The notes beneath the pieces are model-generated. The model was given only the letters and a program-made list of their open reading frames with translations. It did no database searches and was not told where the DNA came from. From Acidobacteriota bacterium (lineage in GTDB: Bacteria > Acidobacteriota > Terriglobia > Terriglobales > Acidobacteriaceae): a DNA stretch of 64,000 nucleotides. A program made the translations under genes and the position numbers. The stretch spans positions 1,203 through 65,202 of the forward strand of contig JABBOG010000015.1 in the NCBI GenBank assembly GCA_019351975.1, in the 5' to 3' direction. Position 1 is the stretch's first letter, and the number at the start of each line of letters is the position of its first letter. This document shows positions 46,936 through 57,779 of the stretch, in pieces.

Positions 46936-48254
46936 GCCCGCCGCACCGCCTTCATGTGCTCTATCCTCTGCGCAACAGCCGCCGCTGTACCAATGTCCCT
47001 ACGATGGAAAAAAGGCCCTGGAATCTCGCCGATGACCCGCTCACACGCTGTCTCCGCCTCCGCAATACTCGCCGCCGTCGCAACCACTGCAACTGTACGC
47101 GAGCCAGTTGCAACAAGCACATCATCACTCACATTCACAGCACTCAGGAAGATCGAAACACCCGTCGGCACATCCGTCGGCAGCGTCACCACATCGCCTT
47201 TGCGCGGGCGGTCGGGATATCCCTCTGGCACCAGATACTTGCAAACACTCGCCCTCGGCGAAAAGACCACCGGCACACTCTCAAGCGTTCTATCTGCAAT
47301 CGCCCTGCAGATAGCAACAAAATCTGTCTCCAGCAACGAGAGCAAATTCAATGACTCCGGATCACCGAATCGTGCGTTGTATTCAATCAACTTAACGCCG
47401 GATCTCGTCGCCATGAACCCGCCATAGAGCACTCCCTGATACGGCATCCCGCACTCAGCTTCAAGGGCCGCTGCCACCTTCTCATTGATCGCTCGCGCCT
47501 CCGCAATATCCTCACCCGTCAGGAATGGCAGCTTGTGGTCTGCGTCTGTATACGTGCCCATACCCCCCGTGTTCGGTCCGCGATCGCCCTCGTACGCGCG
47601 CTTATGGTCCTGCACCGCAGGCATGTGCCGTAGCGTGCGCCCGTCACAAAAGCTCATCAGCGAAAACTCTTCGCCTTCGATCTTCTCTTCCACCACAAAC
47701 GGATGCCCCAGCATCTCCAACTCTTTACAAAAACGCCGGCTGTCCTCCACCGACAGCAGGTGGTCGCCACATACCTTCACGCCCTTGCCGCCCGCTAGCC
47801 CATCATCCTTGATCACATGCTGATGAGGATAGCGCTCAAGCACCGCTTCAAGCCCATCCAGCGAATCAAACCGCTGAAAAAACGGGTTCCCCGCTATGCA
47901 GTACTTCGCCAACAACTCCCGCGCAAACCCCTTGCTCGACTCAATCCGCGCCAGGCTCTGCCTCGGTCCCACTACGGCAATGCCGCGCTGCCACAAAGCA
48001 TCTGCCACTCCTGCCGCCAGCGGAGCCTCGGGGCCTACAATCGCCAGCGTCGCCCTGTAATCACTCGCAAACACTGTCACCGCCGTCGCATCCGTGATGC
48101 TCCCGATGCCATATGCGGAGCACAACTCAGCGATCCCCGGATTCAACGCACCGCTGAAGCAGATCAGCGTGGGCTGCTGCGCCGACCGCGCCAACGCAGC
48201 AGCAATCGCGTGCTCTCGAGCACCGGATCCAACAATCAGGATCGTCTCCATCAT
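46926..48254 (-). CDS. purD: Phosphoribosylamine-glycine ligase
   Basis: GSGAREHA, LESSKGFA-like motif, DGLAGGKGV, QDHKRAYEGDRGPNTGGMG, EYNARFGDPE. Confidence 0.96.
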   Translation of the reverse strand: MMETILIVGSGAREHAIAAALARSAQQPTLICFSGALNPGIAELCSAYGIGSITDATAVTVFASDYRATLAIVGPEAPLAAGVADALWQRGIAVVGPRQSLARIESSKGFARELLAKYCIAGNPFFQRFDSLDGLEAVLERYPHQHVIKDDGLAGGKGVKVCGDHLLSVEDSRRFCKELEMLGHPFVVEEKIEGEEFSLMSFCDGRTLRHMPAVQDHKRAYEGDRGPNTGGMGTYTDADHKLPFLTGEDIAEARAINEKVAAALEAECGMPYQGVLYGGFMATRSGVKLIEYNARFGDPESLNLLSLLETDFVAICRAIADRTLESVPVVFSPRASVCKYLVPEGYPDRPRKGDVVTLPTDVPTGVSIFLSAVNVSDDVLVATGSRTVAVVATAASIAEAETACERVIGEIPGPFFHRRDIGTAAAVAQRIEHMKAVRRACD

Positions 48255-49204
48255 CGCGCCAGGCTCTCCATGATCGTAGCCTCCAGCGGCCGCAGATCCG
48301 GCTCGAACGTCGTCCCTGTAATCTTCTCGAACAGTTGAATATACCGCCCCGCAAGCTCCGCAATCAGCTCATCCGGCGGCGTAGGCAGCACCGAATCCTT
48401 ATACGGGTCGCATCGTTCGCGAAACCACAACCGAAAAAACTCCTTGTCGATCATGTTCGGTTCCTGCCCCGCCGCAAGTCGATCCGCATAGCTGTCCGCC
48501 AGCCAGTAACGACTGGAGTCAGGCGTATGAATCTCATCGATCAGCAGAATCTCGCCCTCCGCCGAAACGCCAAACTCATACTTTGTATCCACCAGCATCA
48601 AGCCGCGTTCCGTTGCTAGCCTCTGCCCAAACTCGAACAACTCCAACGCCTTCGCAGACGCGAACTCCCACTGCTCGGCCGTGAGCCAGCCCTCCGCGAC
48701 GATCTCCTTCGCCGTGATCGGCCGGTCGTGCTCCTTCTCCTTCGTCGTTGGCGTCACAATATTGTGCGGCAGCGGCTCGTTCTTCTTCATCCCTTCCGGA
48801 AGATCGTGGCCGCAATAACGACGCACACCATTGTTGTACTGCGTCCACACAGATGTGTCCGTCGATCCCGTCATATACCCGCGCACCACAAACTCAATCG
48901 GCAACACCTTACACTCGCGCGCAATCACTGCATTCGCGTGCGGGCTCGAAAGCACGTGGTTGTCGATGATGCCGCGCGTCTGCTCGAACCAATAAAGTGA
49001 CGTTCGATTGAGCACCTGCCCCTTGAACGGAATCGCCCCAAGCAGCCGGTCAAAACCGCTCTGACGGTCTGTTGTCACCAGCAGCATTCGACCATCACCC
49101 ACGCGGTACGTATCCCGCACCTTGCCCGGATACTTCGCAGCCAGCGGCAGGTCCGTTCGCGTCAAACAATGCGGTATCGCATCCAGCAGCATCTGTCGCT
49201 CCAT
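48251..49204 (-). CDS. purC: SAICAR synthase (long, 317-aa form)
   Basis: GKVRD, TTDRQSGFD, PIEFVVRGY, LVDTKYEFG, DEIHTPDSSRYW, DKEFFR. Confidence 0.96.
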   Translation of the reverse strand: MERQMLLDAIPHCLTRTDLPLAAKYPGKVRDTYRVGDGRMLLVTTDRQSGFDRLLGAIPFKGQVLNRTSLYWFEQTRGIIDNHVLSSPHANAVIARECKVLPIEFVVRGYMTGSTDTSVWTQYNNGVRRYCGHDLPEGMKKNEPLPHNIVTPTTKEKEHDRPITAKEIVAEGWLTAEQWEFASAKALELFEFGQRLATERGLMLVDTKYEFGVSAEGEILLIDEIHTPDSSRYWLADSYADRLAAGQEPNMIDKEFFRLWFRERCDPYKDSVLPTPPDELIAELAGRYIQLFEKITGTTFEPDLRPLEATIMESLAR

Positions 49205-50262
49205 TACGACACCTCACCGAAACGCACGCCCGATGCACCCGCTTCAACCCGTCCAAGCTCCCACACGCGCAGTGCAGGAAACTCCTGAATCGCCGCAGCG
49301 ATCTTTCCCTGCAGCCCCGCAGGTCCAATCATCACGAGCCCTACGCCCATATTGAAGGTGCGATGCATCTCCAGATCGTCAATGTTTCCCAGCCGCTGCA
49401 TCAGCCCAAAGATCGGCTGCGGCATCCACGTCGTACGGTCAATCACCACTCCCAGACCTTCAGGCAACACACGCGGCACATTCTCCACCAGACCTCCGCC
49501 AGTAATATGCGCCATGCCCTTGATCGCGATCGTAGCGTCGAGAACCCGCTTCACCGGCGCAACATAATTCGCATGCGGCGCCAGCAGAACATCCGCAATC
49601 GACTTCCCCTCAAGCTCCTCCGGCGTCGCATCAATCGCGTAACCGCCCATCTCGAAGATCAGCTTGCGTGCCAGTGAAAACCCGTTCGTGTGCAGCCCGC
49701 TGGAGTTGATCGCATACAGCACATCCCCTGCAACAATATCTGCTCCCGTCAGCAGGCGCTCGCGGTCCACAACGCCTGTCACGAACCCGACCACATCCAG
49801 ATCGCCCTCAGCGTACACCGCCGGCATCTCCGCCGTCTCGCCACCTACCAGCGCAATACCCGCTTCCCGGCACGCATCGCTCATCCCACGCACCAGCGCC
49901 TCCACGATCTCCGGCTCAATCTTATGGAAGCCAAGATAATCCAGAAACGTCAGTGGCGTCGCTCCCATCACCACAATGTCTCCAGCGACAGCAGACACCA
50001 GATCGTGCCCCAGCGCCTCGTATCTCCCAGCCATCACCGTCACCTTGCTCTTGGTGCCAACGCCGTCCGTGCTCTGCACCATCACCGGGTCATTCATGCC
50101 CTTCAGTGCGTCCCCGAGTGCAAACAGCGTCCCAAACGATCCCAACCCCGTCAATACCGCAGCCGTATGTGTCTTGCTCACATGCGACTTCATCCGGCGC
50201 ACCGCTTCGTTCCCCGCTTCGATGTCAACGCCTGCAGCCTTGTAATCGATCTTCTCTATCAC
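49204..50262 (-). CDS. purM: Phosphoribosylformylglycinamidine cyclo-ligase
   Basis: YKAAGVDI, TDGVGTK, GGETAEMP, SSGLHTNGFS, AHITGGG, TFNMGVG; GTG start. Confidence 0.97.
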   Translation of the reverse strand: MIEKIDYKAAGVDIEAGNEAVRRMKSHVSKTHTAAVLTGLGSFGTLFALGDALKGMNDPVMVQSTDGVGTKSKVTVMAGRYEALGHDLVSAVAGDIVVMGATPLTFLDYLGFHKIEPEIVEALVRGMSDACREAGIALVGGETAEMPAVYAEGDLDVVGFVTGVVDRERLLTGADIVAGDVLYAINSSGLHTNGFSLARKLIFEMGGYAIDATPEELEGKSIADVLLAPHANYVAPVKRVLDATIAIKGMAHITGGGLVENVPRVLPEGLGVVIDRTTWMPQPIFGLMQRLGNIDDLEMHRTFNMGVGLVMIGPAGLQGKIAAAIQEFPALRVWELGRVEAGASGVRFGEVS

Positions 50263-50271
50263 GCTCGCTCC

Positions 50272-53200
50272 CTAACCAACCCACTTGCGTGCGTTGTCAA
50301 ACATTCGTTGCCACGGGCTGTCCTTCAGCTCGCGCGTCCATGTGTGTTGCACGCCTAAAAACACACGCTCCGGATGCGGCATCACAATCAACGCTCGTCC
50401 ATCCGCACTCGTCAATCCCGCAACTCCCCGCACCGATCCATTCGGATTCAACGGATACCGCTCCGTTACGTCGCCGCCTGTATCAATGTACCGCAGCGGT
50501 GCGTTCACATCTGCCGCCACATCACGCACATACCCTTCGCCGTGCGCGACAACAATCGGCATCCTGGATCCCGCCATTCCATCGAAGAACAACGATGGCG
50601 AGGCTTGAATCTCAACCATGCACACGCGCGCCTCAAACCGCGCCGAAACGTTACGCTCGAACTTCGGCCAACTGGCCGCTCCAGGAATCATCTCCCGCAG
50701 TTGCGACATCATCTGGCATCCATTGCATACACCCAAAGCAAAACTGTCTGTCCGCGCGAAAAAAGCTGCGAACATCTCCTTCAGCCGATCGTTGAACAGA
50801 ATCGTCTTCGCCCACCCACTGCCCGCGCCCAGCACATCTCCGTACGAAAACCCGCCGCACGCAGCCAGCCCACGAAAGTCTGCAAGCTCGGCTCTCCCGG
50901 CAAGCAGATCGCTCATCGTTACATCCACCGCCTCAAAGCTCGCGCGATCAAACGCCGCCGCCATCTCTACCTGACCATTCACCCCCTGCTCGCGCAACAC
51001 CGCAACGCGCGGCCGCGCCGCATGTACAAACGGAGCACTCACCCGCTCCCCTAAATCAAACGGCACATTCACCGATAACCCCGGCCGCTGCGCATCCTCC
51101 AGCAGCGAAAACTCCTGCAACGCCGTCGCCGGATTGTCCCGCAGCGACTGAATATGAAAGCTCGTCTCGGACCACATTGTCTGCAGCGCGTTGCGCGTGT
51201 TGCGATACACCACCTCGTTGCCGCTGCGAATCACAATCTCATTGCCAGCCGCAGACCTGCCCACAGCCCGCGCACTCACTCCAGCCTCGACAAATCTCCT
51301 GACCACCGCCGCAGCGTCCTCCGCACGCACCTGCACCACAGCGCCCAACTCCTCGCTGAACAGCGTCCCCAACGTTCCCTCGCCAAGCTCTACATCGAGA
51401 CCAACGCAACCCGCAAACGCCATCTCCACCAGCGTCACAAACACGCCGCCATCGCTGCGATCGTGATACGCCAGCAGCCTGCCCTCGCGATTCAACTGCT
51501 GCACCGTATCGAAAAACGCGCGCACTACCTCAGGCGCAGGCGCATCCGGCGCCTCATCTCCAACCTGCCCATACACCTGCGCAAGGCACGACCCGCCGAA
51601 CCTCTGCCTGCCTTCGCCAAGATCAATCAGGATCAGCGCATTCTCCACATCCCGCAACTGTGGCGTCAGCGTCCTCCGCACATCGGTCACCGGAGCGAAC
51701 CCCGACGCAATCAGCGACAGCGGCGAAACCACAGCCTTCGCTTCATCGCCATCGCTCCACTTCGTCTTCATCGACATCGAATCCTTGCCCACCGGTATCG
51801 TCATACCCAGCGCCGGGCAGAACTCCATCCCCACCGCATGAACCGCGTCGAAGAGCTTCTGGTCCTCACCACGCTCCCCCGCCGCTGCCATCCAGTTCGC
51901 AGACAGCTTAATGTCGCCAAGCTTCTCAATCGCCGTTCCAGCAAGGTTCGTAATCACCTCACCCACAGCCATGCGCGCAGATGCCGCAGCATTCAAGACG
52001 GCCAGCGGCGTGCGCTCACCCACAGCCATCGCCTCACCGCAGAAGCCGTCATACGCCCGCAGCGTCACCGCACAATCTGCCACCGGAACCTGCCACGGCC
52101 CCACCATCTGATCCTGCACCACCATACCCGTGATGCTTCGGTCGCCGATGGTGATCAAAAACGACTTCGACGCAATCGCAGGCAAGCGCAGCAGCCGCTC
52201 CACTGCGTCCTCAATCGTCACACTCGAAAGATCAAGCGCTGCATGAACTGATTCCGTGCGTGTAAATGCTCGCTCCATCTTCGGCGGTTTGCCGAACAGA
52301 ACCTGTAGCGGCAAATCGATGGCCACCCCCTCTGCGCCCGATGCACTCTCATCGCGCAGACTCAAATGCGGCTGCTCTTCCGCCACTCCCACCACCGCAA
52401 ACGGACAACGCTCGCGCTCACAGATGCTCGCAAATGCCTCCATCTGCTCCGGCGCAATCGCCAGCACATATCGCTCCTGCGACTCGTTACACCACGCTTC
52501 CAGCGGACTTAACCCCGCCTCGCCCAGCGGAATCGCATTCAGGTCGAACCTGCCGCCGCATCCGCCATCCTTGATCAACTCCGGAAACGCGTTCGACAAT
52601 CCACCCGCGCCCACATCGTGGATAAACGCAATCGGATTGGCCGCTCCACGCTGCCAGCACCTGTCGATCACCTCCTGCGCCCGCCGCTCCATCTCCGCGT
52701 TGTCCCGCTGCACCGACGCAAAATCCAGCTCCGCATTCCCGCTGCCCGCACTGCTCGACGCCGCACCTCCGCCCAGTCCAATCAGCATCGCAGGCCCGCC
52801 CAGCGCCACCAGCGCATAGCCCGGCTTCATCGCACCCTTCTCCACATGTTCCGCGCGAATATTGCCAAGCCCTCCAGCCAGCATGATGGGCTTGTGATAC
52901 CCATACATCGTGCCTTCGCTCATCTGCTCATACGTTCGAAAGTAGCCGCACAGCGCGGGCCTTCCAAACTCATTATTAAACGCCGCCGCACCCAGCGGCC
53001 CTTCGATCATGATGTCCAGCGCTGAAGCAATATGCGCCGGCCGGCCATAGTCCGTCTCCCACATCTGCGGTGCCTGCGGCAGATGCAAATTCGACACCGT
53101 AAATCCCGTCAATCCTGCCTTCGGCTTCGCACCGCATCCCGTCGCGCCTTCGTCCCGTATCTCGCCGCCGGACCCCGTCGCCGCACCCGGCCACGGCGAA

Positions 53201-54111
53201 ATCGCCGTCGGATGATTGTGCGTCTCCACCTTCAATAAAATGTGGATCTCTTCCGCGTGATACGCATAAACGTTCCCCGCAGCATCAGGAAAAAATCTAC
53301 CCCCGGGCCCCCCGCGAATCACCGCCGCATTGTCCCGGTACGCCGACAGCACATTCTCGCCCGAGACCTCATTCGTATTGCGGATCATCTGAAACAGCGA
53401 CCGCTGCTGCTTCGCCCCATCCACCGTCCACGACGCGTTGAAGATCTTATGCCGACAATGCTCACTGTTCGCCTGCGCAAACATGTACAGTTCCACATCC
53501 GTCGGATTACGCCCCAACCGCGTAAACTCCTCCACAAGATACGCAATCTCATCCGGAGCAAGCGACAGCCCAAGCTGCCTGTCTGCCGCCTCTATCGCTG
53601 CAGCCCCGCGTGCCAGCACGTCGATATGCCCCAGAGCCCTTCGCTCTCGCGGTGCAAACAATGCTGCCAACTCCATAGCACCTTCAAAGAACACGCTCTC
53701 CGTCATCCTGTCGTGCAGCACGCCAGCCATGGCATGCAACGCACGCGATGGCACGCCGTCAGGTGAAGCAATGCGCACCACGCGCGCCCGCTCAATCCGC
53801 TCAATCCCCCCAAATCCCGTATTGCGCAAAATATCGGTTGCCTTGGTCGACCACGGAGACTGCGTTCCCACCCGCGGCGCAATCCATATCCTGCCGCTTC
53901 CGCTGATCGACTCGCCCGCACCCAGCAACTCCGCCAGCCGCGCCTCATCCACCGACCGCTCCGCGCCCTCCTGCAACAGCAGCAGATACAGATACGAAGC
54001 CTCCACACCGCGCACCTTCGCTGCCAATGCTGGAAAGCTCGCACGCAGCTTCTCCGCCGCACGCGCAGCCTCGAACGCGCTAAGGGCCGAAGGCCCCGCG
54101 ACCCACCGCAC
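50272..54111 (-). CDS. purL: Large-type (single-chain) FGAM synthase with fused glutaminase domain
   Basis: [61 protein letters not shown]; GTG start at 54111 gives [13 protein letters not shown], matching the N-terminus style of E. coli PurL. Confidence 0.97.
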   Translation of the reverse strand: MRWVAGPSALSAFEAARAAEKLRASFPALAAKVRGVEASYLYLLLLQEGAERSVDEARLAELLGAGESISGSGRIWIAPRVGTQSPWSTKATDILRNTGFGGIERIERARVVRIASPDGVPSRALHAMAGVLHDRMTESVFFEGAMELAALFAPRERRALGHIDVLARGAAAIEAADRQLGLSLAPDEIAYLVEEFTRLGRNPTDVELYMFAQANSEHCRHKIFNASWTVDGAKQQRSLFQMIRNTNEVSGENVLSAYRDNAAVIRGGPGGRFFPDAAGNVYAYHAEEIHILLKVETHNHPTAISPWPGAATGSGGEIRDEGATGCGAKPKAGLTGFTVSNLHLPQAPQMWETDYGRPAHIASALDIMIEGPLGAAAFNNEFGRPALCGYFRTYEQMSEGTMYGYHKPIMLAGGLGNIRAEHVEKGAMKPGYALVALGGPAMLIGLGGGAASSSAGSGNAELDFASVQRDNAEMERRAQEVIDRCWQRGAANPIAFIHDVGAGGLSNAFPELIKDGGCGGRFDLNAIPLGEAGLSPLEAWCNESQERYVLAIAPEQMEAFASICERERCPFAVVGVAEEQPHLSLRDESASGAEGVAIDLPLQVLFGKPPKMERAFTRTESVHAALDLSSVTIEDAVERLLRLPAIASKSFLITIGDRSITGMVVQDQMVGPWQVPVADCAVTLRAYDGFCGEAMAVGERTPLAVLNAAASARMAVGEVITNLAGTAIEKLGDIKLSANWMAAAGERGEDQKLFDAVHAVGMEFCPALGMTIPVGKDSMSMKTKWSDGDEAKAVVSPLSLIASGFAPVTDVRRTLTPQLRDVENALILIDLGEGRQRFGGSCLAQVYGQVGDEAPDAPAPEVVRAFFDTVQQLNREGRLLAYHDRSDGGVFVTLVEMAFAGCVGLDVELGEGTLGTLFSEELGAVVQVRAEDAAAVVRRFVEAGVSARAVGRSAAGNEIVIRSGNEVVYRNTRNALQTMWSETSFHIQSLRDNPATALQEFSLLEDAQRPGLSVNVPFDLGERVSAPFVHAARPRVAVLREQGVNGQVEMAAAFDRASFEAVDVTMSDLLAGRAELADFRGLAACGGFSYGDVLGAGSGWAKTILFNDRLKEMFAAFFARTDSFALGVCNGCQMMSQLREMIPGAASWPKFERNVSARFEARVCMVEIQASPSLFFDGMAGSRMPIVVAHGEGYVRDVAADVNAPLRYIDTGGDVTERYPLNPNGSVRGVAGLTSADGRALIVMPHPERVFLGVQHTWTRELKDSPWQRMFDNARKWVG

Positions 54112-54121
54112 CGTCGTTCCG

Positions 54122-55657
54122 TTAGAGATGGGCAGACAGGTTTCTTGTAATGTGGCTTGCGACATCTTCTGTATGTTTGGCAGCGTCGTTCCGCTTTCGT
54201 TCCAGTCTATCGAGATACTCTTCCGTAATGTCCCCAGTGACGTACACACCATCGAACACCGATGCATCGAACTCCGTCAGCCACGGCGCAGCGTCTGTAA
54301 CCGCCTGCTTAAGATCGTCCAGATCTTGAAAGATCAGATCATCTGCACCGATATTCTTCGCCAACTCCTGCACATCGCGCCCACTCGCAATCAGCTCTGA
54401 CCGCGACGGCATATCGATCCCATACACATTCGGGAAGCGCACCGGTGGCGCCGCCGAGCAGACAAACACCTTCTTCGCCCCCTGCTCCCGCACCATCGCA
54501 ATAATCTCCCGGATCGTCGTTCCGCGCACAATCGAATCATCCACCAGCAGCACATTTTTGCCCTGAAACACCTGCGGAATCGGGTTCAATTTGCGGCGGA
54601 TTGACTGCTTCCGCTGCGCTTGTCCCGGCATGATAAACGTACGCCCAACATACCGGTTCCGCACCAGCGCGTCCCTGTACGGCAGATTCAATCGCGTCGC
54701 AATCTCCTGCGCCGCCACCCGGCTCGTCGAAGGAATCGGGATCACCACATCGATCGGCACATGCGCCCACTCTCGCTTGATCTTCTCCGCCAGCTTCGTA
54801 CCCATATTAATCCGGCACTGATACACCGAAGCTCCATCCAGCACAGAGTCCGGCCGCGCCAGATACACAAACTCAAACAGACACGGCGTCTTCTTCCGCG
54901 CCTGTAGGCTCTCGTGCCGGTACACCATTCCTTCCATGTCGATGAAGACGACCTCGCCCGGCGCAAGATCATGGTCAAGGTCAAATCCACCCACTTGCAG
55001 CGCCACGCTCTCTGACGCGATCATGTACTCCATTTCATTCGCGCCTGCAACGTTCATCTGCTTGCTCACCGGCTTGGTTCCGAACACCAGCGGACGAATC
55101 CCATGCAGATCGCGGAACGCAATCATCCCCACGCCCGCAACCATCGCAATCACTGCATAGCCACCCTTGCAGCGCCGATGCACCTCTTCCACCGCCGCAA
55201 ACACGTCGAACTCGTTCGGCTTCACCGCACCCCGGCGAGTCAACGCATGCGCGAAAACATTCAGCATCACCTCGGAGTCCGAACTCGTATTCAAGTGCCG
55301 CATGTCCGTCTCGAACAGGCTATCCACAATCTCGCCGACGTTCGTTAAGTTCCCGTTATGCGCAAAGATTATCCCGTACGGCGAGTTCACATAGAAAGGC
55401 TGCGCCTCCGCTACCGACGCACATCCAGCCGTCGGATATCGCACATGGCCTACGCCCATGTCCCCCAGCAGCCGCGCCATATTCCCCGCAGAAAATACGT
55501 CCGTTATCAGCCCATTCCCCTTCTCAAGGTAGAACCGGTCATGAAAACACGTAGCTATACCCGCAGCATCCTGGCCACGGTGCTGAAGCATCGACAAACT
55601 TTCGTACAGAACTGAACTTACTGGACTACGTCCGAAGACGCCTACAATACCGCACAT
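54122..55657 (-). CDS. purF: Amidophosphoribosyltransferase
   Basis: MCGIVG N-terminal Cys nucleophile, [27 protein letters not shown]; GAGGA SD. Confidence 0.98.
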   Translation of the reverse strand: MCGIVGVFGRSPVSSVLYESLSMLQHRGQDAAGIATCFHDRFYLEKGNGLITDVFSAGNMARLLGDMGVGHVRYPTAGCASVAEAQPFYVNSPYGIIFAHNGNLTNVGEIVDSLFETDMRHLNTSSDSEVMLNVFAHALTRRGAVKPNEFDVFAAVEEVHRRCKGGYAVIAMVAGVGMIAFRDLHGIRPLVFGTKPVSKQMNVAGANEMEYMIASESVALQVGGFDLDHDLAPGEVVFIDMEGMVYRHESLQARKKTPCLFEFVYLARPDSVLDGASVYQCRINMGTKLAEKIKREWAHVPIDVVIPIPSTSRVAAQEIATRLNLPYRDALVRNRYVGRTFIMPGQAQRKQSIRRKLNPIPQVFQGKNVLLVDDSIVRGTTIREIIAMVREQGAKKVFVCSAAPPVRFPNVYGIDMPSRSELIASGRDVQELAKNIGADDLIFQDLDDLKQAVTDAAPWLTEFDASVFDGVYVTGDITEEYLDRLERKRNDAAKHTEDVASHITRNLSAHL

Positions 55658-55916
55658 GGTTCCTCGCTGCCTGGACTGCTACCGCATATACCTTTGAAAG
55701 CTGCGCAAATCGCACCGGATAGTAGACGTATCGACAAATACCCTCACTCAGTTTAGATTCAACGAAAATTCAAAGGGTTCAGCCTGTCATCCGCAACAAA
55801 CCTCGCGTCATCTCTTCATAAGTACGGACTCACTTATCATCTCCCACCCGGATGAGGAAAATCGGTCCTACTGCCCCAAACCAACCGCAACCCACCGCAT
55901 CTCCCGCTCTCCCTCC

Positions 55917-57659
55917 CTAAAAGTTGAACGAGAGCCCTCCCTGCACAACCTGCGGCGCCTCCGCCAGCACAAGCATCGCTCCATCGGGTGCCTGCACCGG
56001 CTGATATCCCTGCTTCAACAGATTCGTCCCCAGCACAAACGCATCCAGGCCGTCCGGTAAGAGCCGCCCACACCACAGCCGCTGCCGCACGTAAAACGTC
56101 AGATAAGCCTCCTGCGGCAGTACATTGTAGGCATTCACCTGCGTCAGCGTCCGCAACGGCTGCCAGCGATACTCCACACGCAACCACGTATCCGACCGCA
56201 AAACCCTCCCCCGCAGCGCCACAGTAAACGCTGGCGCCATCGTAGGATGTACGCCGGTCGCCAGCCGCGTCAGATCCAATCCGCCCTCGCGCTCCAGCGC
56301 GGTTCCATCGTCAACCTCCGCCCATACCCCCAACGCCGTCGTCAGCGGCTGCATCAACGAAACCCCCACACCGTGACCCCCATATCCCGGGGCCGCGACC
56401 TCAAACGTGTCCGTCATCGTGTCTGCCACCGCATCCGACTGCCGTATCGTCTCCGCACGCATCACGCCTGTTCCGCTCATCGCACCGTACGGAAACCGGT
56501 CGATATACGCCTCAGCCGTCGCCACCGTGCTTCCAAGCTTTCGGCTGATCGACACCTCCTGGTGCATTCCGCGCTCCACCAGCGGCCTTCCCCTATCATC
56601 CACAACGGCCGTAACCACCGGCTGCAACTGGTCCAGATCCTCCGAGCTCTGTAGCTCCCGCCCGCTGGCGTATCTGTACTCCAGCACCACATCGTCCGTC
56701 GGCCGCGCCATCACCCTCACATACGGCTCCACATCGACCTGCGTCCCCGACATCCTCTCCGCCTGCAACAACGCGCCCACGTCGATCAGAAAGGTGTCTC
56801 CAAGTGAAAACTCCTGCGTGCTCGCCAGACGCATCACCTGGTATCCGTCCGTATCCCGCCCGTCCGTCAGCTCCGGATGAGACTGCACGCTCGCCACCAC
56901 CCGCGTACTCCCGCCCATCGGTGTCCTCCGCTCATAGCCCGCAAACACCTCCACCGAAGGCCCCGGCGCATACGCCTCATCGACCTCTCCTACGTCCGCC
57001 CGGAGCACCGCACCGTCCCCATCCTCCATCATGCGATCCAGCAGCAACGCCTGATGCATCCCTCCATCGCCGAAAGACCCATCCCCATTCATGACAACCA
57101 CTTGCCCCTGCGACGTTACCGGTTGCGTCTGCCCCGCGCTCGTCGACAACTCGCTTCCATCCTCAGGATCCACCAGCCGCAACAGCGGCCGATTTGCCAT
57201 CGAACGCAGCGCCCACTTCCAGTCGTCAGCCGGTTCATCCGCCTTGCGCCGCTGCGTCGGCAGCCAGTTGTCCGCCTCAAACAGGGTCGTCATCGTCAAA
57301 TTGATTACGGCCCTCGCTCCCGCTTGCAGCCGCACGTCATCTTTGGAGATAGGAAGAAAGAACGCCGCCGTCGCTCGCATCCGATACTGCCCCGGCATAA
57401 CCGGGGGTAACACATACTTGCCCCGGTCATCGCTCAGGCAGCTCGCCGCCGTACTCGCATCCGGACGCAGCAACTGAACCAGTGTGCCCATCTGCGGCAC
57501 GCCGTGTGCATCTCGTACTGTGCCTGAGATCACCGCAGGTGCTTGCAGGGCCCAACAGCCACCCGTGCACCCACCCAGCAATAGCAACAGGAACAAACCT
57601 GGTACGACTCGACTCACCGCGCTCACACCCTCATCTGCGCGTCTGCTCTCCGAAGTCAT
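55917..57659 (-). CDS. Carboxypeptidase-regulatory-like domain protein with probable C-terminal beta-barrel
   Basis: ISGTVRDAHG...SDDRGKY...PGQY (CarboxypepD_reg-like); C-terminus GGLSFNF; AGGAGAGG SD. Confidence 0.75.
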   Translation of the reverse strand: MTSESRRADEGVSAVSRVVPGLFLLLLLGGCTGGCWALQAPAVISGTVRDAHGVPQMGTLVQLLRPDASTAASCLSDDRGKYVLPPVMPGQYRMRATAAFFLPISKDDVRLQAGARAVINLTMTTLFEADNWLPTQRRKADEPADDWKWALRSMANRPLLRLVDPEDGSELSTSAGQTQPVTSQGQVVVMNGDGSFGDGGMHQALLLDRMMEDGDGAVLRADVGEVDEAYAPGPSVEVFAGYERRTPMGGSTRVVASVQSHPELTDGRDTDGYQVMRLASTQEFSLGDTFLIDVGALLQAERMSGTQVDVEPYVRVMARPTDDVVLEYRYASGRELQSSEDLDQLQPVVTAVVDDRGRPLVERGMHQEVSISRKLGSTVATAEAYIDRFPYGAMSGTGVMRAETIRQSDAVADTMTDTFEVAAPGYGGHGVGVSLMQPLTTALGVWAEVDDGTALEREGGLDLTRLATGVHPTMAPAFTVALRGRVLRSDTWLRVEYRWQPLRTLTQVNAYNVLPQEAYLTFYVRQRLWCGRLLPDGLDAFVLGTNLLKQGYQPVQAPDGAMLVLAEAPQVVQGGLSFNF

Positions 57660-57779
57660 CCTCTCCTGTTCAAGAGGCGGCTTGCTGTAGGGTGGCCCGC
57701 CGTCCTGTCCTGCGCGGCCTTATCCCTTGCTTCGTGTCGGGCGACGTACCTCCGCCCGAAACATCTCAGCGATACCGGT

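Noticed and set aside
54112-54267. N-terminal extension of PurL in the ORF track
   Set aside because: Overlaps the purF 3' end; GTG 54111 gives the canonical N-terminus.
55658-55916. Purine, ZTP or PRPP riboswitch, or PurR box, upstream of purF
   Set aside because: No conserved aptamer blocks; only a weak TGCG-N5-CGCA repeat, which is insufficient.
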